Made by a program: the position numbers and the translations under genes. A stretch of DNA of 64,000 bases. Origin: Octopus vulgaris. Its lineage: Eukaryota. Numbering within the stretch: position 1 is the first letter of the stretch; each line of letters starts with the position of its first letter. Where the stretch lies: NCBI GenBank assembly GCA_951406725.2, contig OX597840.1, positions 30,318,001 to 30,382,000 of the forward strand. The letters run 5' to 3'. The notes below the pieces were generated by a model. It saw only the letters and a program-made list of their open reading frames with translations. It had not been told where the DNA came from and made no database searches. This document shows, piece by piece, positions 26,055 to 39,848 of this stretch.

Positions 26055-26366
26055 TCACCGTGATCACCGTGACCGACCAGGCTATCAGATGTTGCTACAC
26101 ATCGCTGGTCACAATGCGCTTCGCATTATTTTAGCCTTCAAATGGGGCCACCCCGCTGGCTAAGTGAGCAGGCCAACAGAAGAAAGAGTGAGAGAAAGTT
26201 GTGGCGAAAGAGTACAGCAGGGATCGCCAGCACCCCCTGCTGGAGCCTCGTGGAGATTTTAGGTGTTTTTGCTCAATAAACACTCACAACGTCTGGTCTG
26301 GGAATCGAAACCGTGATCCTACAACCACGAGTCCACTGCCCTAACCACTGGGCCATTGCGCTTCCA
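26055..26366 (-). mobile_element. SINE-C full length
   Basis: tRNA head and (TCACGGTGA)n tail. Confidence 0.88.
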
Positions 26367-26376
26367 CACACACATA

Positions 26377-26412
<36 letters not shown>

Positions 26413-26685
26413 TGCATGCATGTATGTATGTATGTATTTGTATGTATGTATGTATGTATGTATTTATATATAATGGTACTCCCCACAGTTGAATTTACCT
26501 GTATTATTTAATAACAATTTTATTCTGTTCCATGCTTGGTTTTGTACAAGCTTGACATGTTAGTCTTGTTTGAGGAGAGCCTACAGAACTCTAAGCAACA
26601 TGAAGTCAAATCAAACAATCACTGAACAACATGTCTACATACTAACATACTTACAAACATACATATACACATATATATGTATATA

Positions 26686-26717
<32 letters not shown>

Positions 26718-26742
26718 CAAAGATATATCTATATCTATATCG

Positions 26743-26773
<31 letters not shown>

Positions 26774-26975
26774 TATATATACTTACATATATATATACAT
26801 ATATATATATACTTACATATATATATATATACTTACATATATCTATATATGTATACATATATACATAGATATATCTATATCTATCTATCTATATATATAT
26901 ATTTATATAAATATATATATATAGAGAGAGAGATTTATATACATTTATACATATATCTATCTATCTATCTATCTA

Positions 26976-27023
<48 letters not shown>

Positions 27024-28326
27024 AACAGAAATAAATACACATATATACACACGCATATCTTAAGAAATGACATGTTGCATTGAACGAAAGAATTATATTT
27101 ACTCAAGAAAATCAAGTGAGATTTGTTAAGTCTATACAAATTTGAATAATCGTTTTTTTTTACATTATTTTTCCTGAGTTTTCCCATCAAAACAGCGCCA
27201 CCATTTTCCCCAAATGAAACATGGGTTGTCTATGTAAGATTCAGAAATGGTTTTTACCTGTTTCCTAATGTCCATGTTTAATTCATAACAGAAATGTTGT
27301 ACATTGATTTTCTTTTATTCTTAAGCAATTTTCTCCTTTCTACCCCAGATTTCTTTTGCTTGCTTAGTTTTCTGTCTGCATTGTGAGCATCAGAACACTT
27401 AGGATTCTGACAGATCCAGCAAACCCACATTAATTTCAGAAGAACAGGTTGTGAAATGATGATGATCATCATCATCATGAGAACAACAACAATGATGATG
27501 ATGGGGACAGTGGAGGTGGTGGTGGTGATGACAGCGACTTATTATTATTATTATTATTATTATTAAGATTATTACCGGTGGCACGTAAAAAGCACCATCA
27601 ACTCGTCCAACCCATGCTAGCATGGAAAGCAGACGTTAAATGATGATGAAGATATATATGTATGTGTGTGCATGTTTGTGTGTCTGTGTTTGTCTCCCTA
27701 ACATCGCTTGACAACTGATGCTGGTGTGTTTACGTTCCCATAACTTAGCAGTTTGGCTAAAGAGACTGATAGAATAAGTCCTGGGGTTAATTTTCTCGAC
27801 TAAAGGCAGTGCTCCAGCATGGCCACATTCAAATGACTGAAACAAGTAAAAGAGTAAAAGAGATATATAACTGTTGATACAAACTTGTACACATTACGGA
27901 AAACATATTTTGAACAAGGAGAGATGTAATTTAACTTACATACATTGAATGATGCGTGACTATGCGTATGTGTATGATTGTATCAGCTTGTCTTAACATC
28001 ACATGGGAGTTACAAGTGGTGTCATTTCATTTCCAATACTGGTGTTGGTGCCATAGAAAGTAGTGGTGCTGGTACTACACTGAGAGCACTGATGCTGGTG
28101 CCATGTAAAAAGGATGGTTGTTCCCCAGAAGAAAGCATTGGTGCTGGAGCAACGCAAAAAGCACTGAGGATGGTGCTACATAAAAAGCACCCAGCCATAG
28201 AAACCAAGCCAAAACAGACTCTGCAAACCGGGTGAGGCCCCTATCCTTTCCAGTTCATGTCAAGTCATCCAACCCATGCCAACAAGGAAAACAAGTGTGG
28301 AACGTTAATATATTGATGATGATGAT

Positions 28327-29061
28327 TAACCCTTTCAATACCAACTTGGCTGAAACTGCCTCTGGTTCTGTAGTATAAATATCTTGTTTTCATAAGTTTT
28401 GAATTAAAATCTTCCATCAAACTTTAGTCACAATTTACGTTCCTAACACTAGCTTAATGATAAACTAAGTTATTTTACTAGATTCTTTGTTATATTTAAA
28501 ATAATTGAAAGAAACACAGAGCATCTCAGCAGAAATAAGGTAACAAAAAAGTTAAAATATATAATAGAGAAACAATTCTTAACCCTTTTCATACCATCAT
28601 GTCTGAAACAGCCTCTGGCTCTGTAGTATAAACGTTTTATTTTCATAATTTCTGAATTAAAATCTTCCACCAAACCTTAGTCACAATTTATGTTCCTAAC
28701 ACTAGCTGAATGATAACCAAGTTATTTTACTAAATTCTTTGTTATATTTAAAATTAATTGAAAGAAACACAGAGCATCTCAGCAGAAATATGGTAACAAA
28801 ACGGTTAAAATATATAATAGAGAAACAATTCTTAACTCTTTTGATACCAACTTGGCTGAAACCGCCTCTGGCTCTGTAATACAAATGTCTTGTTTTCATA
28901 GGTTTTTCATTAAAATATACCACCAAACCTTAGTCATAATTTATGTTCCTAACACCAACTTAATGATAACTAAGTTATTTTACTAAATTCTTTGTTATAT
29001 TTAAAATTAATTGAAAAAAACACAGAGCATCTCAAAATAAATACGGTAACGAAAGGGTTAA
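28327..29061. mobile_element. Three tandem piggyBac-like MITEs (~252-bp period)
   Basis: Each unit TTAACCCTTT..TACC ... GGTAAC.AAA..GTTAA; identical spacer AATATATAATAGAGAAACAATTC. Confidence 0.85.
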
Positions 29062-29354
29062 ACATGGGGAAAATATTACATTGCTTGGAAACAGGTGACG
29101 GTTAGCAACAGGAAGGGCATCCAGCTCATGGAAAAAAAAAAAAAACTATCTCAACAAACTCCATCTGACCCATGCAAGTGTGGAAAAGGAGAGTGTTAAT
29201 GCAATAATAATGATGATGGTGATATGTTTGTGTGAATATGGAGTTGTTTAACTAAATGAAAAGTCTTGCAGTTCAAATATTGACCTTCTCTGAAGAAATG
29301 TCCAGCTGCAATCAATAAGCACAATCATACACAATTAAGTTTCTCAACTACTAT

Positions 29355-29633
29355 ATATCTGTGTGTGTGTGTATGTGTGTGTGTGTGTGTGTGTGTGAGT
29401 GTGCATGTGTGTGTATATACATTTGTATATATGCATGTATATATATATATATATACATTTGTATATATGCATGTATATATATATATATATATGTACACAT
29501 GCATGTATATATATATGTATATGCAAGTTTGTTATCTTACCGTTTTTACCAATATATATATGTATGTATGTATGTATGTATATATGTATGCATGTATCTA
29601 TATATGTATATGTATGTATGTATGTATGTATGT

Positions 29634-29665
<32 letters not shown>

Positions 29666-30175
29666 GTATGTATGTATATATATATGTATGTGTATGTATG
29701 TATATATATATATATGTGTGTGTGTATGTATATATATATATATGTATGTGTATGTATGCATATATATATATATATGTATGTGTATGTATGTATATATATA
29801 TATGTGTGTGTGTGTATGTATATATATATATGTGTGTGTATGTAATATGTATATATATATATGTGTGTGTGTATGTAAGTATATATATATATATATGTAT
29901 GTGTATATATATATATATGTGTGTGAATATGTATATATATATATATGTGTGTGAAAATGTAATTGTATATATATAATTTTATGTAAAATATTATATAATA
30001 TTTTATGTATTGATATAATATTTCCTTGTTATGTTATTATATATAATATGTGTGTGTATGTATATATATATATATTGTGTGTGTATGTATATATATATAT
30101 ATGTGTGTATATGTATGCATATATATATATATATTTGTATATGTATGTATGTATATATATATGTGTGTTTGTATG

Positions 30176-30206
<31 letters not shown>

Positions 30207-30660
30207 ATGTAATATGTATATATATATATGTGTGTGTGTATGTAATATGTATATATATATATATGTGTGTGTGTATGTAATATGTATATATATATATGTG
30301 TGTGTGTATGTAATATGTATATATATATATGTGTGTGTGTATGTAATATGTATATATATATATGTGTGTGTGTAATATGTATATATATATATGTGTGTGT
30401 GTATGTAATATGTATATATATATATGTGTGTGTGTATGTAATATGTATATATATATATATGTGTGTGTATGTAATATGTATATATATATATGTGTGTGTG
30501 TATGTAATATGTATATATATATATATGTGTTTGTATGTATATATATATATATATGTGTGTGTATGTATATATATATATATGTGTGTGTGTATGTAATATG
30601 TATATATATATATGTGTGTGTGTATGTAATATGTATATATATATATGTGTGTGTGTATGT
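29355..30660. repeat. Compound TA/TG tract including a ~31-bp minisatellite (TATGTAATATG(TA)n(TG)n)
   Basis: Direct sequence. Confidence 0.92.
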
Positions 30661-30744
30661 CTGTATATAAATGTATGTATATGTACAGACACATCTCATT
30701 CTTGCTTTGTTTTTGTCTTTCTTTTTCTTCCCCTTCTCACTATT

Positions 30745-30776
<32 letters not shown>

Positions 30777-30910
30777 AGTCACTCACGTGATACACAGTCT
30801 CCAGTTAGTAATAATTGGTACACACACTGATGCATACACATACATACACACACGCAACACACACACACATACACACATATTTACACAGATATATGCATGT
30901 ACATAGTTTT

Positions 30911-30941
<31 letters not shown>

Positions 30942-31213
30942 TTCATGCATGCATACACATCCTATGTGTACCTGCATAAAGTGGTGTCCCACTAACCAAA
31001 AACACAGCAGGTAAACAACAACACGCCCGAAAGAACTCAATACATTTAGCAGGACACCACTTTATGTGTGCATGTACCTGATGTGACCCAAACTGCACTG
31101 ATCATTGCAACACAATTGGATGCACCACATCTGACTCAGAAAGGGCAGCTGCAGGGGAGGTCGAAATGATCATTGTACTGAATAAAGTCGAGTACCAAAT
31201 CTATCTTCCATTT

Positions 31214-31629
31214 GGGCGGCGAACTGGCAGAATTGCTAGAGCGCCGGGCGAAATGCGTAGCCGTATTTCGTCTGTCGTTACGTTGTGAGTTCAAATTCCG
31301 CCAAGGTCGACTTTGCCTTTCATCCTTTCGGGGTCGATAAGTAAAGTACCAGTTATGCACTGGGGTCAATGTAATCGACTTAATCTCTTTGTCTGTTCTT
31401 GTTTGTCCTCTCTGTGTTTAGCCCCTTGTGGGTAGTAAAGAAATAGGTATTTCGTCTGCCGTTACGTTCTGGGTTCAAATTCCGCTGCGGTCGACTTTGC
31501 CTTTCATCCTTTCGGGGTCGATAAATAAAGTACCAGTTACGCACTGGGGTCAATGTAATCGACTTAATCTCTTTGTCTGTTCTTGTTTGTCCCCTCTATG
31601 TTTAGCCCCTTGTGGGTAGTAAAGAAATA
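31214..31629 (+). mobile_element. SINE-B with two body units; TSD CAAATCTATCTTCCATTT
   Basis: TSD at ~31196 and ~31630. Confidence 0.92.
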
Positions 31630-31811
31630 CAAATCTATCTTCCATTTCCTACACACACACATACACACACATGTAATATTTTACTTGTTGCAGTCATTTG
31701 CACTGCGACCATGCTGGAGTACTACCTTGAAGCATTTTAGTCTAGCAAATCAACCCCAGTATTTATTTTTTTCAAAGCCTGGTACTTATTCTACCAGTTT
31801 TTCTGCCAAAC

Positions 31812-32115
31812 TTTTCCAATGGCCTACAGGTGTCGATGAATGGTTGAATGACCAAATCCAAGCTTCTCTGTTAGTTCCTCAACAACTACGATGGGATTTT
31901 GTTTGGTCAAGCTCTACTGATCTTCCAGGATGAGGATCATCTTTTGGGCTGTAGTTTCCAGCTCAGAATTTCTGGAACCACCATTGACACTGGCTTGCAC
32001 TTATTGTCCAATCCCCATACTCTGCATTAATATTCCTTGCACTTCCCATTCTATTGTTGCCTTTATTGAATTTATAAAGCAAAATATGCCGAATATGCTC
32101 CTTTGTCACTTCCAT
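31812..32115 (-). pseudogene. Mariner transposase N-terminal HTH fragment
   Basis: MEVTKEHIRHILLYKFNKGNNRMGSARNINAEYGDWTISASQCQWWFQKF*AGNYSPKDDPHPGRSVELD, matching the mariner YG......WF.KF..G...L.D..R.GR motif. Confidence 0.85.
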
Positions 32116-32299
32116 TATAGCTTTGAAAAAAATAACTGTTAAAATCGAACTGCACTCTTAAAAACTTGCACTAAGAATAAGGTAAACTAATACCTGTTTT
32201 TATAGCAAGTTGATGCAGGTAGTTTATTCTGTCCCTCTTCAACTTTTAGTTCATGCAATAGAAAAAGCGCATTATTTATGGGATGACTTAATATGTGAT

Positions 32300-32505
32300 C
32301 CACATGTGTATCATTGGCGAATTTTTTCCCTCCATCTTCCCTTCCTTGGATCTTTCCCTTTCCTATGTTTCTAACGAAGAGCTCCACTCGAAACGTTAAG
32401 TCTTCCTTCTTTCTTTCCTTTCCTGAGCGTCCAATAACACTATACTTGTTCCACGTCCTCGCGTTGTTGTGTTTTCTCTTTGTGTTTTCATGTTTGAATT
32501 AACTA
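32300..32505 (+). mobile_element. Hammerhead-bearing stub, family H3 (copy 51585-51780; 3' part 13340-13430)
   Basis: TTT-CTAACGA-A-GAGC TCC ACTC-GAAACGTT-AA at 32368-32400; ends in TA tract. Confidence 0.55.
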
Positions 32506-32529
32506 TATACGTATATATATATATATAAT

Positions 32530-32860
32530 ATATTAATAAATAAAACATATGCATATATATATACATATTTGTACGTACCTACCTCTACATGTATATATAC
32601 ATGCATATATAGGTACAGGACACCAAAAAAAAACGTCGAACACAATGAGAAACGAAAACATAGACACAAACCCAAGGAACTGGACATTTTTTTAAACAAC
32701 AAAAAAATAGAGTACAGGACAATTAACACAAAGAAAAAACCCCTCCTTCAGTCGCCATGGTTTCATCTACTCTACGTTTCGAAGGTGAAGGCGAGACGTA
32801 TCTTTGATAAGAAACTTTCCTTCCTGCGATAAGCAAATCAATTAAAATTTGAGATCTTTT
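32530..32860 (-). mobile_element. Penelope-like stub, family H4 (homologous to 53661-53976)
   Basis: Shared TTAATAAATAAAACATATGCATA..CAGGACACCA..AACACAA.GAGAAACGAAAACATA; GAAACGTA half-motif on minus strand. Confidence 0.5.
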
Positions 32861-33103
32861 CACATATATATATATACACGACAGCTTCTTTCAGTTTCCA
32901 TTAATCAAATCCATTCGTAGGGCTTTGGTCAGCCTGATGCTACAGTGGAATACACTTGCCCAAAGTGTCACATAATGGAATTGAACCCAGAACCATGTGG
33001 TTAGGAAGCAAGCTTCTTACAGTCACGCCTCTGAATTCTTTCATAATCTCAGAATAGACATGAGGAACTTATTCCATTAGAACCTGTGGAGTCTTATAAA
33101 GTC

Positions 33104-33455
33104 TTTTCTCTCTCCCTCTCGTTCTCTCCCTCACTCATTCACTCTCTCTCTCCTTCTCGTTCTCTCTCTCACTCATTCACTCTCCCTCTTTCTCTCAATC
33201 TCCTTTTCAATCTCTCTCTTTCCTCACTCTCTCTCATTCTGTCTCCCTCTGTCTCTCACTCTCTTTCTCTCTCTCACTCATTCACTCTCCCTCTTTCTCT
33301 CAATTTCCTTTTCATTCTCTCTTTCCTCCCCCTCTGTCTCTCACTCTCTTTCTCCTTCATTTCTCTTACTCTTTCTTCTCTTTCTTCCTTTGCCCTCTCT
33401 CTCTCTCTCTCTCTCTCTCTACCTCTCCTATCCTTCTCCCCCCTCACCTCCTCAA
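33104..33455. repeat. CT-rich polypyrimidine tract
   Basis: Direct sequence. Confidence 0.9.
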
Positions 33456-34271
33456 AAAAAAAAAAAAAAAAAACCCATCTTCTGACACCAGAAGATACAC
33501 AGATTCAACATAAAATCTCCAGATCTGCAGATCTCTCCTTTCAATTTAATTATTTTTCTTTCATTAGATAATTAAATCTTTTGCGATCGCAGGACTAATA
33601 TCATCGCACGTCACCCCGCTTCGTGTTCAAAAATCTGGCAAATATGTCCAGTTGATAACAAAGTAGATTTTTGTAACTCGAAAAATTGATGTAAATATGC
33701 TAAATGGAGGAGACGACCTCTTCCGAGAACGTTTGACTTCGGAGTTAATCATATTTTGCTCATAGCAGACAAGAATTTTCTGGAAACAGAGGCATATCTT
33801 CTACTTGTTGTTGTTGTTGTTCTGTGTGTATGGTTGTGTACACTGAATAATGACACGGTAAATGCGAACATTGTGTAATAAATTAAATTAGCGGGTGTGT
33901 ATGTTTGTGTATGTGTGTGTGCGGATGGTGTATGTATGTATGTATGCATGTATATATACATACATGTAGATACCTATTTGTGTATATGTGTGATATGCAG
34001 GAGAAAGGATGCATATGTATGCATATTTTTATGTGTGTGTATACACATAAATATATGTATATAGTTATATATCTATATCTACGAAATTTATCTCTCTTTC
34101 TCTCCCTCTCTCTCTCCCTCACTCTCTCCCTCTCTCTCTCTCCCTCTCTCTCTCTATATATATATGTATGTATATATTTATGTATATGCATATATGCACA
34201 CACATATTTGTATGTAAATATACCTTTTTATGTTTATAATATATATATATAATATAATATAATATAATATA

Positions 34272-34312
<41 letters not shown>

Positions 34313-34460
34313 TATATGTGTGTATATATATAATATAATATACATACATATATATATATATACACACACACACGCATCTATATATTCACACACATACATA
34401 CAGCCACGCATATATATATATGTGTATATATATATATATATTTATATATATACACACACA

Positions 34461-34514
<54 letters not shown>

Positions 34515-34515
34515 T

Positions 34516-34579
<64 letters not shown>

Positions 34580-35072
34580 AATTATATTTGCATATCATAC
34601 ACATGCCAAGTACAGAAAACAAACACAAAAGCCACCACAAAATGTACAGTACACAGTTAAACAATTGCTCCCAGTAAAATAACCCTCAAAAGTAATTTAT
34701 ATCCCTTTGACAAGCCATCTTCCAGATTATTCTGCACAGACTCGAGATCTAATTTATGAGTTCAGGCTAAACTAAGCTTCTACGACGCAAAAACTAAGAT
34801 GATAAACGATGCATCTAACATGATATCACATGGGTATTTCGTATAATGAGACGAACGTAACAGAAAGGAAATTGATTACAAATTGTTAAGCTGGATACAG
34901 AGGATAATAACTTAGACTAGCAACAACAATATGAAAAATAAATTAAAACGAAAATCTGATGAGATTTGATGCAAGTTAAACCATCCATCCATATTGTCTG
35001 TCAGTTATTCCTGGAAGGGTTGCTGAGGTAGAATTCTCAGGTATGTTACCTGTAGGGTTCCTATCACTCTCT

Positions 35073-35462
35073 CTCTTTTACTCTTTTACTTGTTTCAGTC
35101 ATTTGACTGCGGCCATGCTGGAGCACCGCCTTTAGTTGAGCAAATCGACCCGGGACTTATTCTTTGTAAGCCCAGTTCTTATTCTATCGGTCTCTTTTGC
35201 CAAACTGCTAAGTGACGGGGACGTAAACACACTAGCATCGGTAAACACACTAGCAATGCTAGGGGTACAAACACAGACACACAAACACATATATATATAC
35301 GACAGGCTTCTTTCAGTTTCCGTCTACCAAATCCACTCACAAGGCATTGGTCAGCCCGGGGCTATAACAGAAGACACTTGCCCAAGATACCACGCAGTGG
35401 GACTGAACCCGGAACCATGTGGTTGGTTAGCAAGCTACTTACCACACAGCCACTCCTGCGCC
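35073..35462 (-). mobile_element. SINE-A; TSD CCTATCA
   Basis: Family match; CCTATCA on both sides. Confidence 0.9.
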
Positions 35463-35875
35463 TATCAGAAGCGACTTCTTAAAATATGACTAATTGAAAC
35501 GACGGATGTTATTGATCTACCTTGTTCTTGATCTACTGGTAGGTCTCCTGTGGATTGGCTTGGTTTGTAGAATCTGTTTTGTAGGACCTTCCTGCAATAT
35601 TCCTATCGCATGTCTGTAGTATGAGAGCTATGGTTTTCTTATTTGCTTATTTATCCATCCATCCATCCATCCATCAATCTTCACCACTGGCTATTCCTGA
35701 GAGGATCATGGATGTTTGGGTTCTCAGGCACCTCCTCCGTAGGGTCCTATCAGAAGCAACTGTAATTAGTGTTTCAGCCTGATTTTCTAGAGTGATTACT
35801 TGAACCAATGGATATTATCGGACCATCTTGTTCTTGATCTTCCCCTAGTTCTCCTGGGGATTAACTCAGTTTGTG

Positions 35876-36207
35876 CGACTGGCTTCTGTGCCGGTGGCAC
35901 GTAAAAAGCACCATCCAAACGTGGCCAATGCCAGTGCCGCCTTGACTGGCTTCCATGCCAGTGGCATGTAAAAAGCACCATCCAAACGTGGCCGATGCCA
36001 GACCTTCCTGGCACCTGTGCCGGTGGCACGTAAAAAGCATCCACTACACTCGCGGAGTGGTTGGCGTTAGGAAGGGCATCCAGCTGTAGAAACACTGCCA
36101 GATCAGACTGGAGCCTGGTGCAGCCTCCTGGCTTCCCAGACCCCAGTTGAACTGTCCAACCCATGCTAGCGTGGAAAACGGACATTAAACGATGATGATG
36201 ATGATCA
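35876..36207 (+). mobile_element. RTE 3' UTR (family D), three hairpin modules
   Basis: Family match. Confidence 0.85.
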
Positions 36208-36661
36208 TGATCTTGTGGCATTTCCCTGTAATATTCCAATCATATATCTGTAGTACCAGAGCTATAATCGATCTAGTTTATTTATTGATTTGTCCCCCCC
36301 CCCAATATTCCTGGGATGTTCATAAGGGGTAAAGTGCTCAGCCACCTCTTCCGTAGAGTTTTATCATTAGACTCTCTTGCTGGATTTCCAAGCATGACCA
36401 ATTGAAATGTCTTGTTCTTGGTCTACCTCAATGCCTCCTCTAGATTGGCCCAGTTTGTAGAATCTGTCTTGTGGTACTTTCCTGCAACATTCCAATCACA
36501 TTTTTGCAGTACAAGAGCACTGCCTTATCTATTATGTGTATGATATGCAAATATAATTTATATATATATGTGTGTGTGTGGGTGTATGTATGTGTGTATG
36601 AATATATATATGTGTGTGTGTATATATATATATATATAATATATGTATAATATATATAATC

Positions 36662-36693
<32 letters not shown>

Positions 36694-36919
36694 AATATAT
36701 ATATATATATTATATATATATACATATACATATACATATACATATATATCACATACGCACATTCGTCCATCAACATTCTCCACCTGAGATTCCTGAGAAG
36801 GCTGTCGGGGTAGAATTCTCAGACACATCCTTTTCCAGAGTCCTATCAGAAGCAACCATTAACTGGATTTCCAAGCATCACCGACTGAGACAATGGATAT
36901 TATCCAACAGATATTATCA

Positions 36920-37507
36920 GAGGCGACGAGCTAGCAGAAACGTTAGCACACCGGGTGAAATACTTAGCAGTATTTCGTCTGCCGCTACGTTCTGAGTTCA
37001 AATTCCGCCAATGTCGACTTTGCCTTTCATCCTTTCGGTATTGATTAAATAAGTACCAGTTATGCACTGGGATCGATATAATCGACTTAATCTGTTTGTC
37101 CTCTCTGTGTTTAGCCCCTTGTGGGTAGTAAAAAATAGGTATTTCGTCTACCGCTACGCTCTGTGTTCAAATTCCGCCATGGTTGACTTTGCCTTTCATC
37201 CTTTCAGGGTCGATTAAGTAAGTACCAGTTATGCACTGGGGTCGATATAGTCGACTTAATCCATCTGACTGTCCCTATTTGTCCCTACTGTTTTTAGCCC
37301 TTTGTGGGTAGTAAAGAAATAGGTATTTTGTCTGCCGTTACGTTCTGGGTTCAAATTCCGCCGAGGTTGACTTTGCCTTTCATCCTTTCGGGGTCGATTA
37401 AATAAGTACCAGTTACACACTGGGGCTGATATAATCGACTTAATCTATTTGTCTGTCCTTATTTGTCCCTTCTGTGTTTAGCCCCTTGTAGGTAGTAAAG
37501 AAATAGG
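36920..37507 (+). mobile_element. SINE-B with three body units; TSD GGATATTATCCA
   Basis: TSD at ~36895 and ~37506. Confidence 0.9.
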
Positions 37508-37594
37508 ATATTATCCAGCCATTTCATTCTTGGTTTACTCTTAGGTCTCTTGCTTACTGACTTGATTAAAAGAATCTAATATGCATATAAACAT

Positions 37595-37872
37595 CGTCGC
37601 CTTACTGACACCTGTGCTGGTGGCATGTGTAAAAAGATTCGAGCGAGGTCATTACCAGTAGTGCCTGACTGGCCCCCATGCCGGTGGCACATAAAAAGCA
37701 CCCACTACACTCTCGGAGTGGTTAGCATTAGGAAGGGCATCCAGCTGTAGAAACTCTGCCATATCAAGGTTGGAGCCTGGTGCAGCCATGTGTTTCACCA
37801 GCCCTCAGTCAAAATCGTCCAACCCATGCTAGCATGGAAGGCGGATGTTAAACGATAATGATGATGATAATG
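37595..37872 (+). mobile_element. RTE 3' UTR, family D variant (copy 54930-55198)
   Basis: Shared AAAAGATTCGAGCGAGGTCATT and GCCCTCAGTCAAAATCGTCCAACCC. Confidence 0.82.
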
Positions 37873-37919
37873 ATCTATCTATTTTGACCCTTATTCCTAA
37901 GAAAGTCATTGGTGTAGAT

Positions 37920-38138
37920 CAGTGCTTTTCAAACTTTTTGCTGGAGCGGAACCCCAAGGAAACATTCCACTGGCTCGAGGAACCCCTGTGCAATAATTTA
38001 ATAGTCTTATGCACACATATCTGCACAGGAGAATAAAAAATTACTGCCGATTTTAGCAGTTTTGTAACTTTTTGCAGAACCCCTGCATTGTACTGGCGGA
38101 ACCCTAAGGTCCCGCAGAACCCTGGTTGAAAACCACTG
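37920..38138. mobile_element. hAT (Charlie-like) MITE
   Basis: TIRs CAGTGCTTTTCAA / TTGAAAACCACTG; 8-bp TSD GTGTAGAT / GTGTAGAG; subterminal GAACCC repeats. Confidence 0.88.
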
Positions 38139-38672
38139 GTGTAGAGACTGTAAGCATCTCCTGCATAGGCCCCTATCAGAAGCACTTCTCACCAGATTTT
38201 CCTGCTGGATTTCCAACCATGACCAACTAGCACTATAGCTATTATCCACTCATCTCGTTCGTGGTGTGCCCCTGTGCCTCCTGCCACTTGGCTCAGCTTG
38301 AAGAAGCTTGTATTTTCATAAACATGTGTATCCATCCATCTGTCTTGTCTGCCCACTATTCCTGGTAAAATCATGGGGGTAAAGTGTTTAGGCATGTCCT
38401 CTATAGGGTCCTGTTAGAGGCAACTGTTGTGGCTCTTTCTGGTTAGGTTCCTGAATGGGATCAATTGAAGTTATGTATATTATATGACCATCTCATTTTT
38501 GGAAGAGTAGAAAACCGGAGTATTTCCAATGCAGCATCCAACCCAAGCTATACAACAGACTCAGGCCTACCAAAATCTTCTTAGTAGATTTGGTAGATTG
38601 AAAACTGAAGCAAGCCTGTTGTATGTGAACATGTGTACGTGTGTGTGAGTGTGTGTGCACATAGATACATAT

Positions 38673-38774
38673 ATGATAATAGTGATGATGCTGATAATGG
38701 CTGTAATGATGATAACGGTGATGATGATGATGATGGCGATGATGATGATGATGGCGATGATGATGGCGATGATG

Positions 38775-38817
<43 letters not shown>

Positions 38818-39048
38818 GATGATGATGGCGATGATGAGGAAGAAGATGATAAGAATGGTGGTGATAGTGGTGAGGATGTTGATGATGATGATGATGGCGA
38901 TGATGTTGATGATGATGATGATGATGATGATGTTGATGATGGCGATGATGTTGATGATGATGATGATGATGATGGCGATGTTGAGGAAGAAGATCAAAAG
39001 AATGGTAGTGATAGTGGTGAGGAAGATAAGAATGGTGATGATGATGAT
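38673..39048. repeat. (GAT)n-based trinucleotide tract
   Basis: Direct sequence. Confidence 0.95.
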
Positions 39049-39247
39049 ATCCTGGATTTCTGCAGTGATGTCAGCATCTACATTATTGTTTTCTGATATT
39101 GATGCAAGAATATTTGATGGTGTTTTCAATAGAGTAAGAATTCTGGGATATACAAAGCAAGCTGTCGCATCATGTTCTCTGATTTATTTGCTGTTTTGTT
39201 TTGTTCTTTGTTTTTCTCTGCTGAGGACATTATAAATGATTTCTCTC

Positions 39248-39487
39248 TTTTTAATCTTTTACTTGTTTCAGTCATTTGACTGCGGCCATGCTGCAGCACT
39301 GCCTTTAGTCGAGCAAATCGACTGCAGGACTTATTTATTTCTCTTAAGCTTGGGATTTATTCTATTGGTCTCTTTTGCTGAACCGCTAATTTATGGGGAC
39401 GTAAACACAGCACCAGTGGTTGTCAAGCGATGTTGGGGGGACAAACACAGACACACAAACACATGCACACAAACACATACACACATA

Positions 39488-39533
<46 letters not shown>

Positions 39534-39695
39534 CGACGAGCTTCTTTCAGTTTCCATCTACCAAATCCATTCACAAGGCTTTGGTCGGCCCGAGGCTATA
39601 GTAGAAGACACTTGCCCATGGTGCCACGCAGTGGGACTGAACCTGGAACCATGTGGTTGGTAAGCAAGCTACTTACCACACAGCCACTCCTACAC
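39248..39695 (-). mobile_element. SINE-A
   Basis: Family match. Confidence 0.88.
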
Positions 39696-39709
39696 CTACG
39701 TTAAATGAT

Positions 39710-39813
39710 GATGGTGATGACGAATTTTGTTCTTATGAAAGTGGTGTTTGAAACACACATTCTATCAACATTTCATGTTAATTTATGTTGCAAACACCAC
39801 TTTCATAACAAAA

Positions 39814-39848
<35 letters not shown>

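Larger units (their letters stand above)
34981..38500 (-). repeat. Decayed head-to-tail array of about six RTE-type 3' ends with (TGGA)n tails, split by younger elements
   Basis: Recurrent GGGTCCTATCAGAAGCAACT and CTTGTTCTTG.TCT; minus translation PRRTRGRSRTRWSDNI and VASDRTLRRRCLR. Confidence 0.7.

Noticed and set aside
35880-36050. CRISPR-like palindromic repeats with spacers
   Set aside because: Spacers are homologous to each other, the array is part of an RTE 3' UTR, and the context is eukaryotic with no cas genes.
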